From positions 920 to 64,919 of the forward strand of contig CAYHLC010000004.1 in assembly GCA_964357395.1 (NCBI GenBank): 64,000 nucleotides of DNA, read 5' to 3'. The first letter of the stretch is position 1, and each line of letters starts with the position of its first letter. Below the pieces are notes generated by a model. It saw nothing but the letters and a program-made list of their open reading frames with translations. It ran no database searches and had not been told where the DNA came from. The DNA is from an uncultured Candidatus Saccharibacteria bacterium (GTDB lineage: Bacteria > Patescibacteriota > Minisyncoccia > Phycocordibacterales > Phycocordibacteraceae). This document shows positions 55,517 to 64,000 of this stretch, piece by piece. The position numbers and the translations under genes were made by a program.

Positions 55517-57078
55517 AATGCATCAACGGTGAGTGTTCGGATGTGAAGATCGGCAAGGTTTGGTGTCGAATTCCATGTTTTGAAGCCCACTCCGCCGCGA
55601 CCAAGCGACTCGTCCATAAAGTCGGTGGTAACCGCACTGCCGTTCATCGAGCACGTAATGCTCCGACCTTCGACTCGTGCCGTAACCATAAAGGGGTCTT
55701 GCGGTATGGTAATACTCGGGTTGCGGGTGCCGATGATAGTGCGTTTGACCCCGTGCACCGTCTCTTCGGCGTGTATAAACCCGTTGCCAAAGTTACAGGC
55801 GACATTGTTTTGTGCATCTTGGTATCGCACCCACACATATACGCCACTCCGATGTGGTGACCACACTGCAGCGTTGACCTCGTAGTCCCTCCAGTGGCCA
55901 GTACCGTCGAGCACCGCAGCGTTGCCGGTCTCATCAAGTTCTGCCAAAAGTCTGATCTCTCCACCTTCGAGACGAAGGGTGCCCCAGATAGAGAACCAGC
56001 CATGATTGCTCTCGAGCGTGTCGGAATAAGGGAGCGATTTTGGCCGACCGTGCTCCAGTCTTATCAGCAGTTCTGCTGGGGTGTCGGAGGCGTGCGGTTC
56101 GATGCGTTTGCCGAGGATCATACGCTCGGCAGGGGCACCCTCAAAGGCCGGGTAGTTGAAGGTGAGGCCCTCGCCGGGCCAGGTTTGGTAGAAGGACGTG
56201 GAGTAGTGTGCAGCGGCTATGTCTGCGATAACGCCAATGGCGTCCGGGTAATTTTCTGACAGTTGACCAAACTCGCCAAAGGGAAAAGCAAATCCAGTAA
56301 TGGGCACCTTAAAAGCATTTGATAGTTCAAGCTTGGCACGAGAGAGGTCACGTTCGATGCGCGTTTCATACTCTTCCTCAGTCTCGATACGCCCTTCGTG
56401 TAGAAGGTAGAGGCGGTTTGGGATTACAGGCCCCTCAGTACCTTTGGCGTCTGTTGCTGCGAGGTGGTGGCTGTCGTACGTGTGTGAGCCTATCTCCCAG
56501 CGGCCTGTCTCGAGCATTGAACGGATTTCGCCGTGAGAGAGGTAGTAGTGCGAGCCTTCCTTGTCCGAGTATTTTGCGATTATGAATGACACCGCGTTCA
56601 TGTCGAGTGCCGCGAGTATGGGGTCGGTGGGATAGTAGCTCTCCTTCGCGCCGTCATCAAAGGTAATTAAAAATGATTTATCAGGCAATGAAGTTTTGCC
56701 GCGCATGTACGCCTCAAACTCGGCAAGTGTGATGGTGCGCCACCCCGCGGCATCGAGCGCCTGAAGTTGCGCAGCAAACAGAGATGGGGATACAGACTCG
56801 CTGCCCGCGCGGTTGGTTATGGTGTGATAAAGGAGGACGGGAACCCCAGAAGCGGTTGTCGTCGCCGCATCCTCACCGAAGAGATGATTGCCTATAAATG
56901 CCACTCGGTACCGTGCCTCATTAATGGCACGGAGCCCGTCCCATGCAAAAGCGACGTGGAGTCGCTCGCTGCCGTAGTGCACCTCTTTGTACGCGATTGT
57001 TGCGGTGCTGAGTATAACGAGGAGTGCGATAAACACTGCAACCGCTGCGACTTTGAATGGAGTAAACGCAAAGTACAT
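55513..57078 (-). CDS. polysaccharide deacetylase (NodB/CE4) with N-terminal membrane anchor and C-terminal lectin/LamG-like domain
   Basis: CE4 motifs ITFDDGAKESYY and IGSHTYDSH. The start was set at the internal Met 5 nt after the GT2 stop. The C-terminal ~180 aa form a beta-sandwich-like domain. Confidence 0.75.
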   Translation of the reverse strand: MYFAFTPFKVAAVAVFIALLVILSTATIAYKEVHYGSERLHVAFAWDGLRAINEARYRVAFIGNHLFGEDAATTTASGVPVLLYHTITNRAGSESVSPSLFAAQLQALDAAGWRTITLAEFEAYMRGKTSLPDKSFLITFDDGAKESYYPTDPILAALDMNAVSFIIAKYSDKEGSHYYLSHGEIRSMLETGRWEIGSHTYDSHHLAATDAKGTEGPVIPNRLYLLHEGRIETEEEYETRIERDLSRAKLELSNAFKVPITGFAFPFGEFGQLSENYPDAIGVIADIAAAHYSTSFYQTWPGEGLTFNYPAFEGAPAERMILGKRIEPHASDTPAELLIRLEHGRPKSLPYSDTLESNHGWFSIWGTLRLEGGEIRLLAELDETGNAAVLDGTGHWRDYEVNAAVWSPHRSGVYVWVRYQDAQNNVACNFGNGFIHAEETVHGVKRTIIGTRNPSITIPQDPFMVTARVEGRSITCSMNGSAVTTDFMDESLGRGGVGFKTWNSTPNLADLHIRTLTVDAL

Positions 57079-57083
57079 ACTCC

Positions 57084-58379
57084 TCAGCGGGTACCCCAGC
57101 GGGAGTCGCGGATAGTAATAATTGCCCACGGCAGCTGCCACATCAAGATAACTGAGTAAAACCATGAGGCCGCAATAGCGAGGAGCCACGGTCGCGGGCC
57201 TACACGGATGCGGTAGTAAATCCCCTGCAAAAAGAGCATTAGAAAGAGTCCAATAAGATACACCCACGGAAGTACACTCTCGGTAGTTGGTAGCCACACC
57301 ACTGCACGGAAAAAGACGATAGGAGAGGCGAACGCAAGTATGGTGTAGGTATAAAAGGAGATGGACGCGAGCGGATTCCTGCGCCACACAAAGGTGGCGG
57401 CTATCCAGGTCTCGCGACTCCATGACTTTTTCCAACGCTGCTGTTGCTTGAGATAGGTCCCAAAGTTGTCAGGCACCACCGTGGTTGCAACTGCCTCTGA
57501 CGAGTAGACTGTGCGGTACTTCCGAATCATAAAGTTGGTCAGTGAACGGTCGTCCCCAAAGGTACACTCGCCACCCAAAAACTTTTGGTGCAGCCACTCA
57601 TCTACAAACTCCATAAGATAGCTACGGCGATACGCACTCTGGCAGCCGGGGAGGCAGGTTACCAGCCCGAAAGCAGACTCTGCTGCCTTGTAGACACTAA
57701 AAGCAATGTAATAGCGCGCTGCTTGCATTTGCGTAAGGAGGTTCGTATGTCGATTTTCAACATCGGTGTGCCCCGAGACACCTCCTACCTGTGGATCAGT
57801 AAAGTACTTTACGAGATGGCGAACTGCGTCTCGCTGTATAAAGGAGTCCGAATCAACAAAGATTACAATGTCGTGTACTGCCATCTTGGTACCCTCTGCC
57901 ATCCCAGCGCGCTTCCCGCGATTGATCTTCCAGTCAATAACGCGCACTGATTCGACACGCGGTGCAAGCTCTTCTGCAGCTCGCTGCATTGCAGAGAGGG
58001 TGTTGTCAGTCGATCCATCATTAATCGCTATGACTTCTATCTTTTCCTTTGGATAATCTACCGCTCCAAACCTGCGTAGTGTTTCGGCAATATTGTCCCC
58101 CTCATTCTTTGCGGGGACCACAAATGAGACGGTGGGCTCATAGGTGCGATCAACTCGAATTCGCTTGTGGAAGTACGCAAGTAGGAATCGCGAAAGTATG
58201 TAGGCGGTTATGAGCATTGAGTAGACGCCAAAGATCACGTCCTCGTACACGGTCTCGTAGGTCACTACCTTGAGTAGGATAATAAGATACAGCGTCCCAA
58301 AAAAGCCGAAGATGAGCCAACCCTTTGTTAGGTTTGCCTGCGCTAGCTGCCAGGTACGTGTAAGTGGCGCAATCGTCAT
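57084..58379 (-). CDS. processive family-2 glycosyltransferase (NodC/HasA/chitin-synthase-like polysaccharide synthase)
   Basis: DGSTD and DSD motifs, CLPGCQSAYRRS (CGPC..YRR-like), QQQRW (QxxRW). TM helices at both ends. Confidence 0.8.
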   Translation of the reverse strand: MTIAPLTRTWQLAQANLTKGWLIFGFFGTLYLIILLKVVTYETVYEDVIFGVYSMLITAYILSRFLLAYFHKRIRVDRTYEPTVSFVVPAKNEGDNIAETLRRFGAVDYPKEKIEVIAINDGSTDNTLSAMQRAAEELAPRVESVRVIDWKINRGKRAGMAEGTKMAVHDIVIFVDSDSFIQRDAVRHLVKYFTDPQVGGVSGHTDVENRHTNLLTQMQAARYYIAFSVYKAAESAFGLVTCLPGCQSAYRRSYLMEFVDEWLHQKFLGGECTFGDDRSLTNFMIRKYRTVYSSEAVATTVVPDNFGTYLKQQQRWKKSWSRETWIAATFVWRRNPLASISFYTYTILAFASPIVFFRAVVWLPTTESVLPWVYLIGLFLMLFLQGIYYRIRVGPRPWLLAIAASWFYSVILMWQLPWAIITIRDSRWGTR

Positions 58380-58394
58380 GATACAGGGAGTAAT

Positions 58395-59720
58395 CTAACG
58401 GCCAATACCACGGTAGGTAATGCCGGCACGTACGAAGTCCTCTTTGGCGAGACAGTTGCGGCCATCGACCACGACCGCGATATTGTACTCACGAAAGTCC
58501 CATGGTGTCAGCGCGGAAAACTCACCATGATCAGTCGCAATCAGCGCTGCATGCGCCCCCTTCAGCGAGTCGGCAAGGGTGCGGACGCTGCCGCTCTCGA
58601 TTGCGCACGGATCATACGAGCGTACCCTCGCGCCGCGCCGCAGCAACTCGTCCCTAATGACGAGCGCTGGACTCTCGCGCGTATCTCCCACGTCTCGCTT
58701 GTAGGAGAGTCCGAGAAGTGCCACCTTCGCCCCTGCGATTGGTATACCGTTTTCTGCGAGTGCTTCGGCGAGGCGATCAACAGTATGGATAGGCATACTG
58801 TTGTTGATAGTGCGTGCGGTCTCGAGGAAACGGTGCGCAAATCCATTTGCTCTGCCGTAGTGAATGAGGTAGTACGGATCGACCGGGATGCAATGACCCC
58901 CAACACCGCAGCCAGGGTAATGCGCCATAAACCCAAACGGCTTCGTGGATGCGCCGCGGATCACGTTGGTGATATCGATGCCAGCTCGCTCGAACGACAT
59001 CGCAAGTTCGTTGACGAAAGCGATATTGATATCACGAAATGAGTTCTCAACCATCTTGACCGCCTCCGCCTCTTTAATCGATCCCATTTCTACGACCTCA
59101 CTCCTAACCACATTTCGGTAGAACTTGGTGGCGCGTGCCAAACTCTCTGCATCAAGTGCGCCAACTACACGCGGGATGGTTGCAATAGTATAGGTAGTGT
59201 CTCCCGGGTTAACCCGCTCCGGACAGTGTGCAAATCCAAAATCCGCTCCGCCCTGGAGGCCCGAAGTCGCCTCGAGGATGGAGAGCGCGACCGTCTCGCA
59301 TGCGCCCGGGTTTACGGTCGACTCAATAATAACAAGTGTGCCCTCCGCGAGTTCGGCGCCGACAATGGCGCATGCTCCCTCAAGTGGTGTCAGGTCAGGT
59401 GTGTGATCCTCATTGACTGGAGTCGGAACTGCAATGATGACAATATCAGCTCCACGAATAATGTGTGCATCATCCGATATCTGCATCGAGCTCCGCCTAA
59501 AGGAGTGCTGCTCATCTGGGGAGAGATAGAGTGCCTCACGTTTTTGCAGGGCGTGCACCTTTGCGGTATCGATATCAAAACCTCGGACCGTGTAGCCCAC
59601 GTCCTCTGCCGCGAGGGCGAGTGGTAGACCAACGTAACCGAGTCCAACAATAGCAACAGAACTTTCCGCGGTCGAAACTCGTGGCTCGCTCTGCGAACGT
59701 GCTCCGTGTGCGTGATTCAT
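58395..59720 (-). CDS. UDP-sugar (UDP-glucose/UDP-GlcNAc) 6-dehydrogenase family protein
   Basis: NAD-binding VAIVGLGYVGLPLA. Catalytic Cys GGHCIPVD. Confidence 0.85.
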   Translation of the reverse strand: MNHAHGARSQSEPRVSTAESSVAIVGLGYVGLPLALAAEDVGYTVRGFDIDTAKVHALQKREALYLSPDEQHSFRRSSMQISDDAHIIRGADIVIIAVPTPVNEDHTPDLTPLEGACAIVGAELAEGTLVIIESTVNPGACETVALSILEATSGLQGGADFGFAHCPERVNPGDTTYTIATIPRVVGALDAESLARATKFYRNVVRSEVVEMGSIKEAEAVKMVENSFRDINIAFVNELAMSFERAGIDITNVIRGASTKPFGFMAHYPGCGVGGHCIPVDPYYLIHYGRANGFAHRFLETARTINNSMPIHTVDRLAEALAENGIPIAGAKVALLGLSYKRDVGDTRESPALVIRDELLRRGARVRSYDPCAIESGSVRTLADSLKGAHAALIATDHGEFSALTPWDFREYNIAVVVDGRNCLAKEDFVRAGITYRGIGR

Positions 59721-59856
59721 GAGCCCAGCGTAGCGGGAGCGTGCTGAAGTACTAATGAACAGTTCGCCTCATGAGCTACTCATGCAGAGCGCGAGCGAGC
59801 GGTTCATTGATGCCTCACCCGCTGTTCTCTATAGTTCTCTCATTAGCAGTTTACTA

Positions 59857-60894
59857 ATGATCAAAATGTTCAATCATAAAAAAGTTCTTGCGGTTGCAGC
59901 GGGCCTCGGATTGGTGCTTTTCGGTGCACCAACATACGGACTCGCAGCATCAATTACAGTTACTAACTCAAACACCGCAACGATAACAAACTCTGTTTCT
60001 GTTACGGCCTCTTCCGGCGATAACACCTCTCGTGGTGGCCGCGGAGACTCGGGCGGCGACGGCGGTTCCGTTTCAGGCGATGCTTGGGATACTCGTAGCG
60101 GCGGCGCAGGAGGTGACGGCGGCAACGGCGGCAACGGCGGCAGTATCTCAACTGGAGATGCAATTGCAACGCTCGAGGTTGTGAGCGATGTTAACTCGAC
60201 AGAGGTCGACGTAGAGGACAATGCTGCAACGCATGACCGCTATGACGAAACCCTTTCGATCCATAGCGATGAGGGATCGACACATTCAGATTCGTCGAGC
60301 AGCGGATGGGATGCTTCCTACGATGAGTCACATACAAACGTAGGATCATGTGCGGAGAGCTCGGATGAGTCAGAAAGCGATTCATCAGCATCTGAGTCAG
60401 AGAGCTCGGAATCTGATTCGGATGATGCGTCAGATGCGTGGGAGTCGGAGAGCTCGAATGAGTCTTCGGATTCGAACAGCTCGTATGACTCGAATTGCGA
60501 GTGGGATCTTGCTGACGATGTGTCAAGTTCAGAGTCATCGAGCGAGTCCGCTTCGTCGAATGACGAGGAGCACAACACCTTTGACTTGGAGTCGACAAAG
60601 ACCTACGTAGAGAACAACGATACGCTCGATATCTCAAACAGCAACTCGGCGTCGATTTCGACCTCGGGATCTGTTGATGCTGACTCGGGTGGCAATCGCT
60701 CACGTGGTTCCCACGGCGACGAGGGTGGCGAGGGTGGCGATGTCTCTGGTGAGGGGGCAGGTGCAACCGGCGGCTCGGGTGGCAACGGTGGTAACGGTGG
60801 CACTGGCGGCGCAATCGCAACAGGTGACGCAGACTCTCTTGCGCTCATCGTAACGACCAGCGGTCGCACGGTGACCAGGATCACACGTAATTAG
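59857..60894 (+). CDS. secreted low-complexity acidic Ser/Asp/Glu-rich protein with flanking Gly-rich modules
   Basis: Signal peptide. N-terminal GGDGGNGGNGG and C-terminal GGSGGNGGNGGTGG modules around an SD/SE repeat core. Confidence 0.5.
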   Translation: MIKMFNHKKVLAVAAGLGLVLFGAPTYGLAASITVTNSNTATITNSVSVTASSGDNTSRGGRGDSGGDGGSVSGDAWDTRSGGAGGDGGNGGNGGSISTGDAIATLEVVSDVNSTEVDVEDNAATHDRYDETLSIHSDEGSTHSDSSSSGWDASYDESHTNVGSCAESSDESESDSSASESESSESDSDDASDAWESESSNESSDSNSSYDSNCEWDLADDVSSSESSSESASSNDEEHNTFDLESTKTYVENNDTLDISNSNSASISTSGSVDADSGGNRSRGSHGDEGGEGGDVSGEGAGATGGSGGNGGNGGTGGAIATGDADSLALIVTTSGRTVTRITRN

Positions 60895-60975
60895 TGTGCA
60901 CTGAACAACAGGGGACACCCCCTGTTTTCAGGCAAGCGCTCCTCTTTTTATTAGTAGCGCTTGCTTGAGAACAGC

Positions 60976-63219
60976 ATGAAATACATACTACTGGTACTAC
61001 TACTAATGGGAACTGCAGCATATGCAGAAGAGGCAGCGCCTGCGCCGCCTACTGAGCAACCAGAAGTTGCGTCAGAGCCCGAAGCGCCGCTGGCAGAGGA
61101 GGTCGTAGCAACCGAGGAGGTCATCGAAGTAGAGGAAGCTGTCGAAGCGCAGGAAGAAGCCGAAGAAGCCCAAGTACCCGCCGCAACTTTTGTGGAGGAG
61201 CCCGAAGTACAGCAAGTAGAGATCCAGTCAGGCGATGCCGTGGCGACTGCCAACATCCTCAACATCGTCAATACAAACTCGATAAACTCGGAGGGCTCTA
61301 TTATCTTGGGGAATCTTATCGGCTCGGTAGGGGATATCGATTTGCGCACAGCGGCAACTGGTACTCCGCAGTGTGCAGTCCTCATGTGTAGTGCTGGGAT
61401 CGAGACGTACCTCATCAGTGAGGCATCAATACAGAGCATGATTCGGCTCCAGGCACTAACTGGAGGAAATACGCTCGATGGTAACGGGTCTATTGATACC
61501 GGAAACGCATTTGCAGGACTCAATTTAGTGAATATTGCTAATACCAACTTTGTTGATTCAAACTACCTCATCGTTTCTCTGAACGCGTTTCAGAATGTGA
61601 CCGGCGATATAGTCTTTCCGTCTATTGCGAGCTTCTTTGGTGGGTTACGTCCGGGGGTTAGTGGTGACATATCGGTACAAAGTGCTGCCTCAGTCGATAC
61701 TCTCATCAGTGCAGAAACCGAGTCCGGTGGAAACGAGTCGAACGGCGACATTACAACTGGTGACTCGTACTCAGAGGTCAATGTGGTCAACCAGCTCAAC
61801 TCACTCTTAATTGGTGGCGGTTCGGTCGCGCTCATATTTCGCGTGCACGGAGAGTGGGCAGGAGATATCTTTGGTGCCCCCACAGATCTCACAAACCAGG
61901 GCTCGGGTTACTACCTGTTCGCCGCGGATACTACTGGCACAGCTTCCGGTACCTCTGTTACTGCCTCCTCAAGTGCATCGATCATGAACGATGCGGAGCT
62001 GATCGCTCGTTCAGGCGAGAACGTAGCAACAGGAGATACTTCGAGCATCCAAACGGGCAGTGCCTACGCAGGGGCTAACATTGTTAACATCGCGAACGCG
62101 CACATCATTGGGAGGAACTGGATACTCGCCATTATCAATATCTTTGGTGACTTTACAGGTAATATCTCATTCGGCCGTCCCGATTTGTGGGTGGGAGGAC
62201 AGGTAACTGTATCGGGAGTTGCGGAGCCAGGAAGTCCCGCCTCGTACAAGTTGACGCTCATAAATAGGGGAGATGCTCCCGCTTCAAACGTAGTGCTGCA
62301 TGCGCGATATGACTCCAACATGCAGCAGATCGATTCCTCATCGTTACCGTATACGATGAGTCAGGAAGGGCTGGCTTGGGAATTGGGGACTATACCTCCA
62401 GGGGGAGCAGTCGAGGTTACTTACCAAACGCACTTGGGGACAGTCGTGGGCAGTATGGATGTGGTAACAGTAGCCGAAGCCGTCCTTCGTGAGACTGACA
62501 ACAACTACTCTGACAACCGAGAGACGATCAGCTTTCGAACAGCGCAGGTGAGCCATCCTGTCGGATGGATCATCCCGAGTGCGACTGTACCCGCGCCAGC
62601 GATCTTGGGTGCGTCGCAAAGCCGAATCAACAAGGACACTACAAAGCTTTTTACAGTCGAGGTTATCCGTCTCACACCCGACGCGGTGGTGCATGAAGGG
62701 AACACTATTGCACCGCAGGCGGTAGTGCTGCGCAATATAACAGGGAGACTCCTCTTTGATGTCGTTGTACATGACTTGCTGTATGCACCAAATGGTGCGC
62801 TTGTTCGAGACGAAGTGTGGGATCTCGGTGATGTAGAAGAGGGTGAGCAGATCACTATTGAGTACGATATCCATTTCGAGGATGGCGCGCCGGAGGGGAT
62901 CTATGTGCTCAGCACCGAAGTCGGCGGTGAGGGTGGGTCATTGATCGGGTTCCCTCGAAACGGGAGTATCGCAGCCGCGTTTCCAATACCGGTCTCCGAG
63001 GAAACAGAGACCACTCTTGCCCCCATTGTTGCAGCTAAGATAACACGCGAGATTGTTCCTGCAGCACGAGTGCGTGCAATCCAGATTGCGGAGGCGAGTG
63101 GGGGAGCCCTACCTGCGACCCGTTCGGTAGATCCAACCATGTCGCTCGTAATCGAGCTCACTACGCTACTGCTTGTAGCCCGCGGCTACTATTGGTGGAT
63201 GGCAATACCGCGTCGATAA
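60976..63219 (+). CDS. large secreted protein: acidic N-terminal region, four xxTGxAxAxxNIVNxxNTN repeats, two DUF11/CARDB-like domains, C-terminal hydrophobic anchor
   Basis: Signal peptide. Repeat motif seen four times. KLTLINRGDAPASNV and RNITGRLLFDVV DUF11-like segments. Confidence 0.6.
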   Translation: MKYILLVLLLMGTAAYAEEAAPAPPTEQPEVASEPEAPLAEEVVATEEVIEVEEAVEAQEEAEEAQVPAATFVEEPEVQQVEIQSGDAVATANILNIVNTNSINSEGSIILGNLIGSVGDIDLRTAATGTPQCAVLMCSAGIETYLISEASIQSMIRLQALTGGNTLDGNGSIDTGNAFAGLNLVNIANTNFVDSNYLIVSLNAFQNVTGDIVFPSIASFFGGLRPGVSGDISVQSAASVDTLISAETESGGNESNGDITTGDSYSEVNVVNQLNSLLIGGGSVALIFRVHGEWAGDIFGAPTDLTNQGSGYYLFAADTTGTASGTSVTASSSASIMNDAELIARSGENVATGDTSSIQTGSAYAGANIVNIANAHIIGRNWILAIINIFGDFTGNISFGRPDLWVGGQVTVSGVAEPGSPASYKLTLINRGDAPASNVVLHARYDSNMQQIDSSSLPYTMSQEGLAWELGTIPPGGAVEVTYQTHLGTVVGSMDVVTVAEAVLRETDNNYSDNRETISFRTAQVSHPVGWIIPSATVPAPAILGASQSRINKDTTKLFTVEVIRLTPDAVVHEGNTIAPQAVVLRNITGRLLFDVVVHDLLYAPNGALVRDEVWDLGDVEEGEQITIEYDIHFEDGAPEGIYVLSTEVGGEGGSLIGFPRNGSIAAAFPIPVSEETETTLAPIVAAKITREIVPAARVRAIQIAEASGGALPATRSVDPTMSLVIELTTLLLVARGYYWWMAIPRR

Positions 63220-63239
63220 CCGGCGTGTATACTGCGCCT

Positions 63240-63770
63240 ATGAAAAAGGTGTTCATAGGCCTCGGAATAGTGCTGCTCGCTGCTGGGGCTGCGTATTTCA
63301 TATTCGAGGTAGAGGTCTCTGGTGCACACTACGAAAGTGCAGCGTACGGTATCTCGTTTCGATATCCGGAAGGGTACCTGCTCTCCGAAGCTGAGCGAGG
63401 GAATGCGGAGCGTTTCCACTACGCTATTGTTATGGTCCGCGCCGACGAGGCCAACCCGCCTATCGGTGGCGAGGGGCCACGCGCCGTGACTATTGATGTG
63501 TATCAGAACAATCTTGACAACCTAAGCCTTGCAGACTGGCTCGATACCGGGCAGTCCAACTTCAAACTTGGAGATGGAACAAAGAGTGCGGCCACTGTCG
63601 ATGGAGTAGATGCGATTCGGTACCGATGGTCCGGACTCTACGAGGGTGAGACCACGGCATTTCTGCACCGCGGCTCGATTATCGCAATCTCGGCGACCTT
63701 TTTTGAGAACACAGACGAGCAGTACTGGGTGTATGAGGATCTGCTGAAGAGTATAGAGCTCGAACGGTAA
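63240..63770 (+). CDS. secreted hypothetical protein
   Basis: Signal/TM segment. FRYPEGY motif shared with the next ORF. Confidence 0.45.
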   Translation: MKKVFIGLGIVLLAAGAAYFIFEVEVSGAHYESAAYGISFRYPEGYLLSEAERGNAERFHYAIVMVRADEANPPIGGEGPRAVTIDVYQNNLDNLSLADWLDTGQSNFKLGDGTKSAATVDGVDAIRYRWSGLYEGETTAFLHRGSIIAISATFFENTDEQYWVYEDLLKSIELER

Positions 63771-63800
63771 TATGCTCGCGCGTATTGCGTCTATACCTCT

Positions 63801-64000
63801 ATGAACAAAAATACGACGTACGTCGTAGGTCTCGTGGTGGTGATCGCTCTTGGGGTTGCGGCGTACCTGCTCTGGCCAGTGGCACCTGTGCCGCAAACGC
63901 TTGGCGTTGCAACCACGACGCCCCAGCTCCGTACCTATACTGCGCCGGGGAGTGAGTTTTCCATTCGATATCCAGCAGGTTTTACTGTAGAGTCAAACGA
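63801..64000 (+). CDS. secreted hypothetical protein (3'-partial; paralog of 63240-63770)
   Basis: TM segment followed by an IRYPAGF motif. Runs off the window. Confidence 0.4.
   Translation, partial: MNKNTTYVVGLVVVIALGVAAYLLWPVAPVPQTLGVATTTPQLRTYTAPGSEFSIRYPAGFTVESN

Noticed and set aside
60191-60820. 209-aa minus-strand His/Pro/Arg-rich ORF opposite the SD-repeat gene
   Set aside because: It is the complement-strand artefact of the GA-rich repeat. The sense strand has a signal peptide and a coherent module structure.
1-64000. CRISPR arrays, rRNA, transposases/integrases
   Set aside because: Scanned for regularly spaced short direct repeats, 16S/23S-like conserved blocks and DDE/tyrosine-recombinase motifs. 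None were seen. The only direct repeats are intragenic (adhesin) and the 24-bp ArsR element.

Overview
This is a dense, mostly coding 64-kb window from a compact bacterial genome of about 58% GC. The gene content looks CPR/Patescibacteria-like (short DnaX and HisRS, many small genes, many secreted proteins); that lineage call is inference only. Housekeeping genes include a fused rpoC-dnaG-rpoD block, uppP, hisS, prmC, metK, dus, dnaX, a pyrE-like PRTase and tRNA-Gln(UUG). Several accessory clusters sit between them. (1) An island of cell-surface proteins at roughly 17.9-31.1 kb holds two giant repeat proteins of 1105 and 1142 aa and five smaller secreted proteins. Nearly every gene there ends in its own strong rho-independent terminator, and a RelE/ParE-RHH toxin-antitoxin pair lies between the two giants. 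(2) A polysaccharide locus at about 52.3-59.7 kb on the minus strand encodes a UDP-sugar dehydrogenase, a processive GT2 synthase of the NodC/HasA/chitin-synthase type with a QxxRW motif, and a NodB deacetylase fused to a lectin-like domain. A second deacetylase carrying a carbohydrate-binding module and two paralogous secreted beta-sandwich-like proteins lie alongside. (3) An oxidative-folding set comprises a DsbB/BdbC-like membrane protein, an adjacent thioredoxin-like protein and a separate DsbA-like protein. (4) A small ArsR-family regulator is flanked on both sides by an identical 24-bp element containing the perfect palindrome ATTCGCGCGAAT; the second copy sits just upstream of tRNA-Gln and an MBL-fold hydrolase. 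(5) A Pif1-family helicase is followed by a HicB-like small protein. (6) An orphan OmpR-type response regulator has no cognate kinase nearby, and a patatin-like phospholipase is encoded just upstream of it. (7) A roughly 550-bp gene-poor region (39995-40544) carries an internal terminator and may encode a small RNA or micro-protein. No rRNA, CRISPR array or transposase was seen. All calls rest on motif recognition by eye; no database searches were run.
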